Positions 21,785 to 34,535 of a DNA stretch of 64,000 nucleotides are shown here, piece after piece (positions within the stretch are counted from its first letter, which is position 1; each line of letters begins with the position of its first letter). Where the stretch lies: contig JBDOQK010000016.1 in assembly GCA_040437565.1 (NCBI GenBank), forward strand, positions 62,001 through 126,000, written 5' to 3'. A program made the translations under genes and the position numbers. Below the pieces are notes generated by a model. That model worked only from the letters and a program-made list of their open reading frames with translations. It did no database searches and was not told the DNA's origin. The DNA comes from Albugo candida (taxonomy: Eukaryota).

Positions 21785-23359
21785 ACAGCGAATCAATAGT
21801 ACTTTATCACGTTTTCACATCCAGATTAATGCAATATCATCGTGCAATGCTGCACCTTCTTCCCTGCAACGAATCCCATGCGTAGTAAGCATTTGCAAGT
21901 GAGCATGCAAGGTCAAAGATTTGACCGAAACGCAGAAAATTGTTTTTGGCGCTTGGAAACATGTCAACGGTCGAAGATATCGAAAGCTTCGTCTTAATTC
22001 ATAGAGCATGATTAGATACCGTTCGACGAATTTGAGCAATCGGGTTTACCCGAGAACATATTTCGGAGGCGTAAGAGAAGTGCTCTACAAAGACTCATCC
22101 AGAAAGTTGTCTGTAAGCAATTTTTTCAAGCTACTTCGTGATGTGATTGTAGACGCCTGTGGCATCAAGTAGGAGAATCCCGGTGAATAAATGATATAAT
22201 ATGCAGCCATTTGTGATGCCAGCACCATGTAAGGCTTGCAAGCTGGGTTTCCTCTGTGAAGTTTCAGGATATGACGTTAGGGAATGATAAACGAAATCTC
22301 TTATTTCATCGCATGTAGTTTCGAAAGCCGTATCGACCCCATTGGTAAAAAGAATAAATGAGCGCGCTGATTGTCGACTCGCGTACGACAAAAATCAATT
22401 CACTCGCTCTTTTCAAATTTATTGGTATATAATTGCACGTTTGGTTGGAGCAGCCTGAGATATTCTCAGTACTCCCACCTGAATCATATCTGTGTCCTGG
22501 GATTTTCGTAACAAGGAATACTGTACAAAAAATGATGAGCTCCAACTTGATTATGACTGCAAGCCTTATTTAGCAGTGAAAGGGCTGACAAATGGTGGCA
22601 TTTACACTATTAAATAAATCGCGACTTATGAAGTGTAAATAAGGTCAACGATTGTCGTAATTGATATCAAATTACTATCAACGGCGTTTTTTATACACCT
22701 CACGTGACCTCAATTTGGGATGCACAAATGAGAGATCAAAATGTTGACGTGCTATGATCATGCACGTATGGTGTTCGAAAGGGAAAACACTTGATTATAC
22801 GATTACTATCGGTAACTGTCACTTATAATGGCAATCAAGTCAGGCGCAGGACCTAAATGGTGAAAAAATGACATTTTAGTTCTCTCATGCAAGATAGTAG
22901 AGAAAGAATCACCAGCAGATGTATCAAAAATTTTTTACTAAAGGAACTAAAAGGGATCATCTTCAACATCACTACGGCGGAACGAGGAATCGAGCATTAT
23001 ATAAACAGATTTTATCCATGCGACTCAGCGATGGTTCTATGCGGCGCACGACAATTTTTTCGATATAATCCTGTACGACTCAAGTGATCATTAATCGAGA
23101 GCACATTAAGTAGAAAGCGGACGTCTGTGCTTGGAAGATAATCAAGCCGTACGCAGCCGGAAGAAAATGCTTTGGGAAAGCAATCCTCGGGATGTAAAAA
23201 AAGTGCTCAGCATCATTAAAGAGAGAGCGATCACGAAGCAGAAGCTCACGATTGTCACCATAAAGTCATTAGAACAAATTTAATATGAATTCATTTCTCA
23301 AGAAGCATATAATCCACGATAGACTTCCTTCAGCTGATGTAAAGTCAATTATTTGTTGA

Positions 23360-24157
23360 CTACATGACGACACAGCACGAATTGGTCTTTTTTGCTTGCT
23401 TGTAAAACACTTTCGACTGATTACTGAGATCCTGCGATTTATTGACAAGATCATCGAGCTTTTCACCGCGCTCTAGTACGTTGTCGATAGTTTTGGACTA
23501 TAAAAGTACATACACAGTGATCAGCACTTTAATTCCGTCGAAAGATAATGACTGATGGCTTACAAGAATGGCTGTAGTCTCATCCAGCTCCTTTTGTATA
23601 GCGGAAATCTTATCGGCCTTAGACGGATCTTGATAATCCGTAACGGCTTTGCCGAGTGGGGGCCAGTCTTTTGGATTGCCTGTATGACTTTTCCAGCTTC
23701 CATTCAATTCTGTGTGGTAACTTTCCATCAACTTGTTCAGCAAGGCGAATGCGACACGTGGAGGATACTCTTGGTCAGTGACAACGATTCCCGACAAGCC
23801 ATCCGCCTTGACGTAGACATGGCAAGTATATTCTTCATGCTGGATGGACTGTCGCTGACCAGCTTGGCTACGTTTGATGAATGTGCGACTGAAAAAGTTG
23901 ATCATTTCACGGACTCTGCGCAATTGATAAAGAGCTTGAGTTTTAGGCATCCCGTGAAAAAAGAATCGCGAACCCGGAACGCTGAAAATATCCGAAGGAC
24001 GAAAGTTCGTACGCAGCTGCAAGGATTAAAGGATCCTGCCCATCTTTATCTTGACGTAATAGTTCTATAAGGGAATGGGAGAAGAAGAAAGGGTTTTTAG
24101 TTTGTAGCGCTATTAATTGTACCAGAAATGGCATGTACCGATGGCGACAATCTTCAT
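23360..24157 (-). CDS. YKT6: Longin R-SNARE YKT6, 4 exons
   Basis: [78 protein letters not shown] (CCAAX prenylation motif). Confidence 0.95.
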
Positions 24158-25009
24158 CTTTCTACTCTCTAACTTGTCGCGAGCGAAGAAGCACAAAAAC
24201 CGGGATAGAACAATATATTACACAATTCTGAACCGAACTTATGATGCAACCAGTCAGCAAAGAGGAATGAGCGGCCGACCGTATGCCCGACACGATGATG
24301 GGTCTCGGGGCAGCGCAACAGATATCATCGCAATGCATCCGCATACTTTCCAGATTCGATTGTGTGCTAGTGAACGGTCCAGATCAATAGCAATTAGATG
24401 TATTATGGCTCGACGGCGTCGAAAAGAAACAAATTGGCGTAAACTACTCATAATGCGTCACACAAAATCCGAAGCTGAGCTGTCAGTAGCAAGCGACCAG
24501 TGCACTGGAGATGAATCGAAAGAAAGCGTTGATATCAAGATGGAAAACCCCGGGAAAATCACAGATTATCGTGGAGCGAAAGAGTGTGGTGATGAGCATG
24601 ACAAATCAAAGGAACGTTTGGCGGTAAACAAATTGACTACAGTGATTTGAATGATTCTTTCTAAGCTTTCTCATAGTTTCTCAGAGATCAATTAGAAAAC
24701 CTAACACAGCAAAAGCATCAGAGATTTGCAGAGCTAAAGGAAATTTTGGTAGAAGAAGCGAAATCAAAGAAAAAGCGAACAGAAGGTAATGCATCACACA
24801 CCAACAATAACGCTATCAATACAAAAGATGCGACATCGCTCAATATTTGATATCAAAAGCAATCACAAATAATGTGCTTTTTCAAATGTCTTGTTTTGTG
24901 GAATTCACGCTGTCACGTGATCACACAAAACGACCTTCTATAGATGTACTAATATAATGATATAATTATCCCATGAAATATTGTGACTCATCGTGCACTG
25001 ACAGTGCGA

Positions 25010-27048
25010 ATGCTGAGTCTCTTGCCATCTGATGCACCTCAAAAGCAGTCACCGTCAATTGGTCCCTTTTCATCCAGACGATGTACCGACTCCAATTCGA
25101 CAAGTTCCGCTGCTTCAAGCACGAATGAACGCCTGCGTTCAGTCTCTGTAACAAAAAAGTATCCAGTAGCCAGCCTAAATTCTACATTTTCATCGATAAC
25201 TGCACACTGTGCATCAAATGGAACAGGTCGTACGGCTCAAAAAGTAATAGGCGAGTACGAGCTTGGAAAAACAATTGGCAAAGGAACGTTTGGGAAAGTA
25301 TGTCTTGGAAGACACATACTCACTGGTGAAAAAGTGGCAATCAAGATTTTGGAGAAGAGTCGGATCGTGGAAGTAGCAGACGTTGAGCGTGTCTCTCGCG
25401 AAATTCGAATTTTAAAACGAAATCGTCACATGAATGTCATCCAGCTTTACGAGGTCATCGATACTTCAGCCAGAGTATTTTTGATCATGGAATATGCCGA
25501 CAATGGAGAGATGTTTGACTTCATAGTAGCTCATCAACGACTACCGGAATCACTTGCGGTATGCTTATTCCAGCAGCTACTTCATGGTATTGCTCATGTG
25601 CACGGTAACGACATTACCCATCGCGATCTAAAGCCAGAGAATATTCTTCTACAGACTTGCAAGGCGAGCACAACAGGTTATTTACTCAAGATTGTTGACT
25701 TTGGATTAAGCAACACACACGAAGAAGGACGGCTACTCAAAACAGCATGTGGCTCACCCTGTTATGCTGCACCTGAAATGATACAGGGGAAACTGGTGAG
25801 ATTTCTCTCATCATTCTGTTATGACGACTCAATTGATCGATAGTAATGACTTGCAGTACGTTGGACCTAGAGCTGATGTCTGGAGTACGGGCGTTATACT
25901 ATTCGCAATGGTATGCGGGTTCTTACCATTTGAGGATAGTAACACTGCGATGCTATACAAAAAAATCTTGAATGCAGAGTACCAGCTACCGTCCTTTTTG
26001 TCTAATGTGAGGACATTTGCGGCTTTACTGCCATAAAAATCTCGATCTGACTCATTTTCACTATAGCAAGTCCAGGATCTGATTAAATTGATTCTAGAAA
26101 CAGATCCAGATCGTCGATGCTCAATCGAAATGATACTACGGCATCCTTGGGTCGCCAAGGCGCATCATTTCGTTCCGCGTGAGCAGTTATGTCAGGATGA
26201 AGCAAGTATAGTCAGTGCTGTCTTTATGGAATTGAAGGCTCTGGGAATTAATGCCGAACAAGTGCACAAGGATATTCAACGAGGATTGCATAATTCTCTG
26301 ACAGCATCGTACTTCCTTATGTACAGGTGCGGCTACAATCCTTTATTTATCCCGATACTGATTATCTTTGCGTAGAAAGGTCACTCGAAATGCTGTCACA
26401 CCTTCCGTGAAACAGAAAGATGATTCAAAAATCGATAATACTTCGGCAAAGCCAGAGCCTGACAGCTTGAATGCCGGAATTCGCAATGAGTTGCTCGCAA
26501 AGACACCAATACCTCCGCGGGCTACAGATATCGGCAAAGTACATATACTGGCGGTACAGGAGCCCACAAAGCCTGATACTGGTCATCGAATACGCAAATT
26601 GTTTCTTCCATTTTCTCAAAAAACATCGCTAGTTGCAGGATCATCAAAGCAGCAAGCTGTGACGTCGATTGTGCCTCGACCCCCGGCAGACAGGAATGCA
26701 TCAGAGAACATTGATCGACGAATCGCAATTGTACCGAAATCTTTTGTTTCTCGATCAAAGCATAGCAAAAAGAACGCAATGGTGGTATTGAAACCAGTGT
26801 CCTTTATTTCCAAAGCTGCTACTCTATCTCCAGTTACTTCCCATATCGATGATACCATTGCTATATCAAATTGCATGCCGTGCGATTCTAATATAGATAC
26901 AGCAAATGCTGGCGTATACAGGCACGCAGGAAGGCAATATAAGTGTCCCAGTCGTGCAAATCACCCTGTTGCAGAATCACATAAACAATCAAGTCAGCTG
27001 TCTTCCAAGGAAGACGAGGTCCGGCATGGATCCGAGTATGAAACGTGA
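25010..27048 (+). CDS. SNF1/AMPK-related (CAMKL) Ser/Thr kinase with UBA-like domain, 4 exons
   Basis: GKGTFGKV, VAIK, HRDLKPEN, DFGLSN, LKTACGSPCYAAPE, DVWSTG. Introns 25796-25856, 26007-26066 and 26327-26375. Confidence 0.9.
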
Positions 27049-27210
27049 TCAGGCGAACAAACAATCGTACGGGAATATGAGTTGATATAGAGAAATGCGT
27101 TTATGTCTGTGTCACAAAAGTGTATATCAAGTTTTGGGCTAAGAGTTATTGTTTTATAGAAAATAGGATCTCCTTGACGCATATGGGTCCGAAGCACTCT
27201 AGAGATCGCA

Positions 27211-28401
27211 CTATTCATCCAAGATCTCAAATCTCTTGAACTTGGGAGGTACTTCTCCGCCAGAATGCATATCCAGATCGCTCATCCGTGGCGTCTCTCC
27301 CTTCATCGTGCAGCTTCCCGAATTCGGACTGTTGCATTTCTCATCGGCCGAACCACCAGCCTCTTTCAGCTTTGCGAGTGTTTTTGCCAATAACTTCTCT
27401 ACCCCTTTATTGTTCGGGTCTAAACGGAGAGCTTCAGCAAAGTCATCCGATGCACCAATATATTTTCCCCTTTGAAACCTGGCTATCCCGCGTCGCATCC
27501 ATCCTTTAACGTATGCCGGATCTAGATTGACTGTATGCGAGCAATCATCCTCAGCATTGGCGAAATTCCTTAATCTGAGATGTACCATCGCTCGATTTGC
27601 ATACACAATCGGACTAGAGCTATCAAATGTAAGACTACGATTATAATAGAGAAGCGCCTTGTCCATTTCTCCAACTTTGTAGAATTCGTTTCCCTTGTGT
27701 TTTTCTTCATCTGCGTAAATCCTCTTTTCTTCAGATGCCAAAACATTGATTTCAATATAGGCGGGGAGTGAAGCCAATTCCTTCTTTCGGTCTTCCTCTT
27801 TCTTCCGTAATATCTCGTGCTGTTTCACTCCTTGTTCTTTTCGAATCAAATCATCTTCATCGATTTCTCTAAGAGCTTCCTCTACATCATAACGTTGCCA
27901 CGAGCGGAAGTCGGATGCATGGATCGCCCGTTCTTGAGTCTTTTCAGTTTTGGCTCGACTGTGTTGGAGATGAGTAAAATCTTCTGGATGATCACCTTCT
28001 TGCTCACAGTTGCGCACAGGTGGTACAAAACAATTCCGTGGTTTTGAGGTTCTCATCTCATCCAGTAGCTTAGATGATTGCATCTTTTCCATCCAAGATG
28101 TTAAGTCGTCGACTTCTTCCTGTACATGATACTCTGATGGCTCACTTTTCATCTGGAGAATTCTACTACGTTCATTTGGGGGTAACATCGACAGAATTTT
28201 TCTCTCCGTAAACTTTTCCAAATGAGGATACCGGCCTTCGGTTCCGCTCTTCAGCGTCCATAATATCCCTTTCAACTCATCCAGGTCCATGCATTTATTG
28301 ATGTAATCATAGTCGAGCATACATACGTCGATATGTTTCTTCTTACGATTGTGCAAACAGAAGTAATCCACGTCGACATCTTGTGCTACTTTACCGGCCA
28401 T
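27211..28401 (-). CDS. SPAG1-like TPR co-chaperone (dynein-arm assembly factor family), short form
   Basis: N-terminal LDYDYINKCMDLDELKGILWTLKSGTEGRYPHL, DFRSWQRYDVE, and three TPRs (EKHKGNEFYK, YANRAMVHL, YVKGWMRRG). Confidence 0.8.
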   Translation of the reverse strand: MAGKVAQDVDVDYFCLHNRKKKHIDVCMLDYDYINKCMDLDELKGILWTLKSGTEGRYPHLEKFTERKILSMLPPNERSRILQMKSEPSEYHVQEEVDDLTSWMEKMQSSKLLDEMRTSKPRNCFVPPVRNCEQEGDHPEDFTHLQHSRAKTEKTQERAIHASDFRSWQRYDVEEALREIDEDDLIRKEQGVKQHEILRKKEEDRKKELASLPAYIEINVLASEEKRIYADEEKHKGNEFYKVGEMDKALLYYNRSLTFDSSSPIVYANRAMVHLRLRNFANAEDDCSHTVNLDPAYVKGWMRRGIARFQRGKYIGASDDFAEALRLDPNNKGVEKLLAKTLAKLKEAGGSADEKCNSPNSGSCTMKGETPRMSDLDMHSGGEVPPKFKRFEILDE

Positions 28402-28671
28402 GGTCGCCAATTGGTGACTTTACAGTGACCAGACGCCGACTAATATTCAGTCTCACCACATTTATGAGGGAATAGCTCCCCATGATCGCTATGGTGTAAT
28501 GTGAAATGGTCGTACATTATACCTCACATCAAAAACGTGATAGTCAGTTGACAAATGGTCGATGTGTCACAAGTACCATGCTTCTGCATATATTCAGTTT
28601 GACGTGATAGTACACCGTAGAAGCAGACGTAAGAGCTCAAGCGACTTGCTGCGTCTTAAGAAGGCTCTGAG

Positions 28672-31528
28672 ATGGGAACAACTGACGAACTGAGGGAAAG
28701 TACAACAACATATCATAGCTTGGAAAATGGCTCTTGCATATTGGCAGACAGAGACGAGCAGGAGTACCATACACAAAATTTATCACCATCTCAAGCTATC
28801 CCGTACCATCCTCCTGTGATCACGAATTTCAATTATGACACGTAATTATCACAAGGAACACCGTAATTCCTTCGTCTGCTTATGTGTTATTACTATATGA
28901 TAGAGCTTTTCGTATTATGACAGAGCGCCGGCTTCGACGACGCTACCGAGGAATATACAAGCAGGTAGCAGTGCAATATACATGAATGGTATCATCCCTC
29001 TGAAATGTCTTAATCACAGTACTCGTTCGTTTGGAAAGCTATGACGTGGTTCCTAGTCTTTTACATCCTCATTGTCTTCGCAACGGTTGCATTCGAAACA
29101 GATGACCTAGAACGTGCGTGATGAAGCTGTTGCATACTGAGACTCTTTTCTAGACGATTTTTTTTGTAGCTACCGTTGCAAATGATTTCAATCGAGCAAA
29201 AGTGGAGAGCTACGCAATTTTTCTCTTAGCTGTCGCAATTGTCGCTCTGATTGTGAAGGTGATGCATCAGCCAGCTGATCTGATTAAATGCAAAATATCC
29301 TAACAGACTTATGTATCTAGGTTGCTCTGGTGATACGTTGGCTGATTTACTGGATTATTATTGCGGGAGGATTTATGTTTCTTTTTTCCGGAAGCCCCAG
29401 ATCACTATTCTGGATAAGCCACCAGAACGATACTTCAAAAAGTAATCGACGCTTTATCATTTTGATAGTTCTTGCCGCATTAGAGATTGCGACATTATTT
29501 GTATACTTTGTCACACATTGGATTTATCCACGTATGCTGCATACCAATAGAATCAACGCAACTCGATGGTGGCAAGTAAAGCGCAGCCCTTGCTATAGCA
29601 GCACGATAACATACAAATCAAAAGCGCGGATTTTGACCCGAAAGCGGAACAGCATCAGCTACGTCGGAGGATTAAACGCAAAACTAGAGCCTCATGGGTA
29701 TGGGTACTGGGCAGATTCTTCGTATCACGGAGAGAGACTAAGTGGTAACTGGCAGAATGGTATTCCAGTTGGTCCGTTTCGAAGCTTTGAGCATGGCAGT
29801 GGATACTGCTTTGTGAATATTAGAATAGCATACTGCACGAATCGAGCAGAAAATAGTACTTCTGCAATTCAATTCTTCCCGAAACATAGCCAACGAAGCC
29901 TCCAGTGGGGTGTAGCTAGCGTGGAATGCTCAGTATCCGGCGGGTTTTTCAAGTTTTTGCCAGAAGTGAAGCATCTAACGCCCTACAACACATCTGAAAC
30001 AATGACGTCCGCTGCAGCATGCTTGACTGTGCTGAGGACGGCTGTAGATTGTGTCGTTTTTCAAGAACCGGCGGAAGAATCTCCACCGGCAAATCAAATA
30101 GAAGGAAACATTCCGTCAATGCCTGATCACATTAAAAAGTTTTCGCATTTACATCACGAGAATTCGATACCACGACTGATATCGCAGCCATGTTCGGTTG
30201 AATACGAAAGTAGTACAGAAAGCCGCACGACACGCATCGAATCTGGAAATGAAGCTCTCATCTTGCTGCATGGTTATAATTGCTCGATCGATTATGGAAT
30301 CAATCGCCTTGGGCAATTGCTAGCCCTTGGCAACTTCCCCAGCCACATCCATCCCTTCGTCTTTAGTTGGCCAAGCGGCGGTGTACTTGCATATTTTCAA
30401 GGTCAGGCATGTCTTACCTATAGTAATTCCTATTGGAGCTGATTTGGGCATATTACTCAGCAAAAACGATTGGCACCGAAAGCACCCGCACAGCTTATGA
30501 CTTTCAGACTTTCTTACGTAGTCTTGTATCTGCTGGATATACAAAAATCAATATTCTGGGTCATTCCATGGGTGCTCGAGTGTACTTTATTTGTCTCGAA
30601 AAAGGGCTTCTAGAAGATATATTCTACGTGAGTTGTTGATCTTGTCTCAGGCTTCTTATACTGATAAAGAACTTGTCAGACTCAAAGTGAATTACGCCTT
30701 GAAGATCCGATTTGCGGCACCAAATTCATGAAAGCCAAATTGTCCACACTCACATTTGTGAATCCGGATTATGAGCGCAACGAGTTTGTCAAGATGGGTG
30801 GTACATACGATATGTCGCGATCCTATTGTGAAATCATCACACTCTATGCCGATGCGCTCGTGAGCACACCACATGAGCCTGAGCTTTTCTCAAATTGACA
30901 CGCGTTTGCTTTAGGATGGAGCTCTTTTTTACGCCGAAAACTTGACAAAAGAATCATTATTTGGACCACCCAATTACTCCATGGGGAAGCGCGGAGATAT
31001 GATGCATCGAATCTCTGCGACAGAAACGACACGGACGAAAAGAAAAACAAACACATCTCACGATTCTTCGTCCGAGTCATGGCATGCAAAATCCGTTGAT
31101 GCGATTTTGAGGGTCAATCAATCTGGAAAGTTTGATGGTGTTGAAGCACTTGCAACAAATAACATATTGCATCTACAGGATTGGAGCGATGATGTGGATC
31201 GCTTCGACTTGCAGCATTTAAAACGATCGGGTGAGCAAGATGTCTGTGAGTATCTCGATATGGATGTCGTCGACACAACTTGGATGGATCAAAATGTGCA
31301 TTCGATTCGACACAATTACTTCAATATCAATCCTTCCGTGGTATGCTCACTCTCTTTGTAGTCCTTCTATCTTATACTTACAATTGACCTGCGTTATAGG
31401 TTGATGATCTTAGGACCCTGATCGTGAATAAACGTCGCGCTTCGACACGGTGTGGATTGATGAGGAAACGGGAGGGAACAAATATATTCATATTTCTTGT
31501 TGCACCATCAATTGTGAAGAATGACTAA
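28672..31528 (+). CDS. Multi-pass membrane protein with MORN-like segment and C-terminal DUF900-type alpha/beta hydrolase, many exons
   Basis: Hydrophobic N-terminal exons; YVGGLNAKLEPHGYGYW..GNWQNGIPVGPF; LLHGYN, FSWPSGG, GHSMGAR; ends RHNYFN..FLVAPSIVKND*. Start and some exon limits are inferred. Confidence 0.7.
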
Positions 31529-32633
31529 AGTTGTGAGGAACGTTGCGTAATCCAATAGAATAAATGGAAATTAATCACGCTCACCAAAGCTTTCTACCCG
31601 TGTACTGTATGCATCACGACAATCTTTTTTCTTCTACGGATTCGTAACCGACAAGAATAGCGAGCGATCATTGCTCGCCCGATTCAATTCGAAAAGACCC
31701 CATCTCTTTATCCGATCCTTGCAAGATCTTCAGTCACGCGCTGTTGTACAGGCTTCCATGTGTGTCTGGCAGAACGATCTCCGACCGGATGTGCGATAAG
31801 ATGTTTCAATTGGTGAATTGGCTCTAGTTCGATCGTATGCAGCATATAATCAAAGAAATTTGGTCGTTTATTGTATACGTGGAGGTCAATGCCATACGAA
31901 CACCAGGTTAACTCCTATATGCTGGGGCCAAGTTCATATCAGACATAACGCATGTTGTACGTCAGAAGAAGCCAAGCAAACTTTCCCGTATAGTTGAACA
32001 GCCTATCCTTTCAATTTGCTCTGAATGCTCATCATAATGGATAACCGCGCTTATCACCCTGAGATGTCCCAGAAAAACCTTGTTTGGATGTCAAAAAAGT
32101 CCATTTTGGAAGTTGAACTCGACCATTTCCTCTTGGTCTTGTGCAACTTTGTGTCTACTTATATCGTGTTTCTACGGTAACACTTCTAAATTTCTGTCAA
32201 ACCGGTGTCCTTGCTCTGATCCAGCTAGAAATCAAGTTTGATCAGTGATATCTACAGAACTTCTTTTGAGTAGTCCTCCCGTGCCTCCATTGTGCATACT
32301 GCCCTGTAAATCTGGTGATGGCGACACGATATTCGACAACCCTTCTTTAAGCTTTCTGATTGTGCTGCCTTCTCTTTCTACCACTTCACCTCAACTGCAT
32401 GACATTCTGATCAAACAGTTGCTACGGGGTTTAGATTGCAATGTGGGTCTTAAAAACTGTTAAGCACGCTATTCGAGAATTGTACATTCGTTTCACAAAA
32501 CTGCTTGCATGGATCCGTCAGAAGCTTACAGAAAGGCAGCTATTTGTCTAGCAAGCAGACGATTCAAACATATCAAGGAGTGAAGTTGTCACTCTCACAA
32601 AAAATAAAAGTTGACAAACACTACAATTAATGC

Positions 32634-34076
32634 TTATCTAGGAGAAAGAAGGCGATTATAGGATCTCCTCACCGATAGCTTCCACAAGACGCCAATAGTG
32701 ACAACCGCGAGGAGAGCCGGCACCACTCCATAATAGAAAATTACGACGAAGGTGCTTCTTGAGCTCACTGAAGCATCCGATATCAATGCATCGGAAAGTG
32801 CTTTATCAAAGCCTTTAAATACGCCAAGTTCACTCATGCCGACGAATACCAAACTCATTGCTCCAGTATGCGCTTTTGTGTTATTGTACAGCGCCACTAT
32901 GCGTAGAACATCTGACGCAAGGCGCCGAATAGGAGGGTTGAATTCGCACGTAGACATTGATACTACGTAGCCCAGTTCATCACTTGCTTCGTTGCCGTGC
33001 CCGTAGTGAGGTATAGAGCTACAGAGTAGTTCACCGGATTGATCATCATAAACAAAAATACCCATTCCGCCACGATGTTGATGGCCAATCATCGACACAA
33101 TTTCAACCTTTCGATCTGCATAGGTTTTATTCTTCTGACTCGACTCTTTGTTGTGACTAGTGTCAATGTGTTGACGTGTCGATAATGAATGCACACAGCC
33201 TGGATGGAATTCAAAATCACAGACTGGAATGTTATATTCGATATTTCCTTTGATTTCCAAGTCTCCGGTAGCGTCACAGCAAGTTGCTCTGAGAACTGGA
33301 CGTGTCTCCGAAATGACCTCGCCATACAATATCGTATAGCGCAAGTAAAAGACGCTCTTCACGTGCGCGGTATCCATTTCCGCAAGCTGTTTTCTTTCCA
33401 AACAGAACTCCCCGTCTTCGCAGCATCTCAAGCCACCTGAATATGTGTTTATAGAGCATGCGGCGTTCCGTTCTTCCATCAATTGGGCATTACAGGTATG
33501 ATTTGGAAATATCATACCATTGATATGCCCATTTCGAATTGTGTCCTCTGACGTACAAGGACACTCCAGACATTGGTGAGCACGGAAAGTTGACATATTT
33601 CGGGTGTTGATCACGTGAACATTTACAATCCACTCATCTTCATCAGGTAGGGTGACGGAAGCGTATGGGAATGGATAATTTTGCGGCGTTTCACGTGATT
33701 CAGTACCAGCTCCAAATCGAAAGCCCTTCCCAGACACCATTGCGCCTTTGCTTTCATTTTTGTTGGTACGAAAAGCATAAGCGGATCCAATGACGTAGTG
33801 ATGCAAATACGCTTCTGATACTGAAACTGGACGAGTCTCCTGCTTTCCATTGTTCTCAATCAGCTCAACGACTTCCGCCTTAAATTGATAAATTGCGATA
33901 GGGCCTTTTGGAATGGGAACTTTTTCGAAACGATTGGCAACTTCACCCATTTTCAGTTCGATTGATGGACTGAGTGCGGAAAAACGCTTCATCGCTGGTA
34001 CATCCTTTCCTGAAACCCATCCTACAATTCCAGCAAACGAGATCGAAGCTAAAAGAAGCGATTTTTGCGGTCGCAT
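32634..34076 (-). CDS. Stress up-regulated Nod19 (SURNod19)-family secreted, C-terminally anchored protein
   Basis: Signal peptide; YLHHY, FGAGTESR, NVHVINTR, CLECPC, GGLRCC, GHQHRGG, LLCSSIPHYG..GYVVSMSTC, HTGAMS; C-terminal TM. Confidence 0.85.
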   Translation of the reverse strand: MRPQKSLLLASISFAGIVGWVSGKDVPAMKRFSALSPSIELKMGEVANRFEKVPIPKGPIAIYQFKAEVVELIENNGKQETRPVSVSEAYLHHYVIGSAYAFRTNKNESKGAMVSGKGFRFGAGTESRETPQNYPFPYASVTLPDEDEWIVNVHVINTRNMSTFRAHQCLECPCTSEDTIRNGHINGMIFPNHTCNAQLMEERNAACSINTYSGGLRCCEDGEFCLERKQLAEMDTAHVKSVFYLRYTILYGEVISETRPVLRATCCDATGDLEIKGNIEYNIPVCDFEFHPGCVHSLSTRQHIDTSHNKESSQKNKTYADRKVEIVSMIGHQHRGGMGIFVYDDQSGELLCSSIPHYGHGNEASDELGYVVSMSTCEFNPPIRRLASDVLRIVALYNNTKAHTGAMSLVFVGMSELGVFKGFDKALSDALISDASVSSRSTFVVIFYYGVVPALLAVVTIGVLWKLSVRRSYNRLLSPR

Positions 34077-34535
34077 TCCAAAGTTATTTACAGTCTAACG
34101 AAGAAAGAAAACTGAATGGACAGTAACGACTGTATTACAGATTTAATTTCATGTTTTATGAGACGAGACTGTGCAACTGTGCATGGCATTGATATATAAT
34201 GTAAGCCTATCAGCGAAGAGTTTCTATTGTTAGTGTTACACCGATGCTTACTTCGTCTTACATTGCATGCTTAAGTATATATATACACTCGATGTGACCG
34301 TTTGCGGGCCGAATTGGCAAACCTTGAGTGACTTAATATCATCCAGCATTGACGGTATGTCATAAATTCCTACAGGAAATTGTCGACTTCACTTTGATGT
34401 GACTCAGCATCGTTTTTAAACTCAAAGTCGCTTAGGGTGAAGCACAGTGAGAAATGTAACAAGCGATTCTTCTTGCGATTAAGTCTCTTCCTACACGAAA
34501 ATTGATATTTAGTACAAATGCACGTGTGGCGGCCG

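Noticed and set aside
22131-23300. Short ORFs between the bZIP and YKT6
   Set aside because: No motifs or coherent exon chain.
24117-24650. 177-aa plus-strand ORF upstream of YKT6
   Set aside because: Overlaps the YKT6 start, has no family motif and no evident splice model; a small orphan gene cannot be excluded.
31560-32470. Possible retroelement or chromodomain relic on the minus strand (HTWKPVQQ)
   Set aside because: Single weak motif among many stops, with no supporting domains or LTRs.
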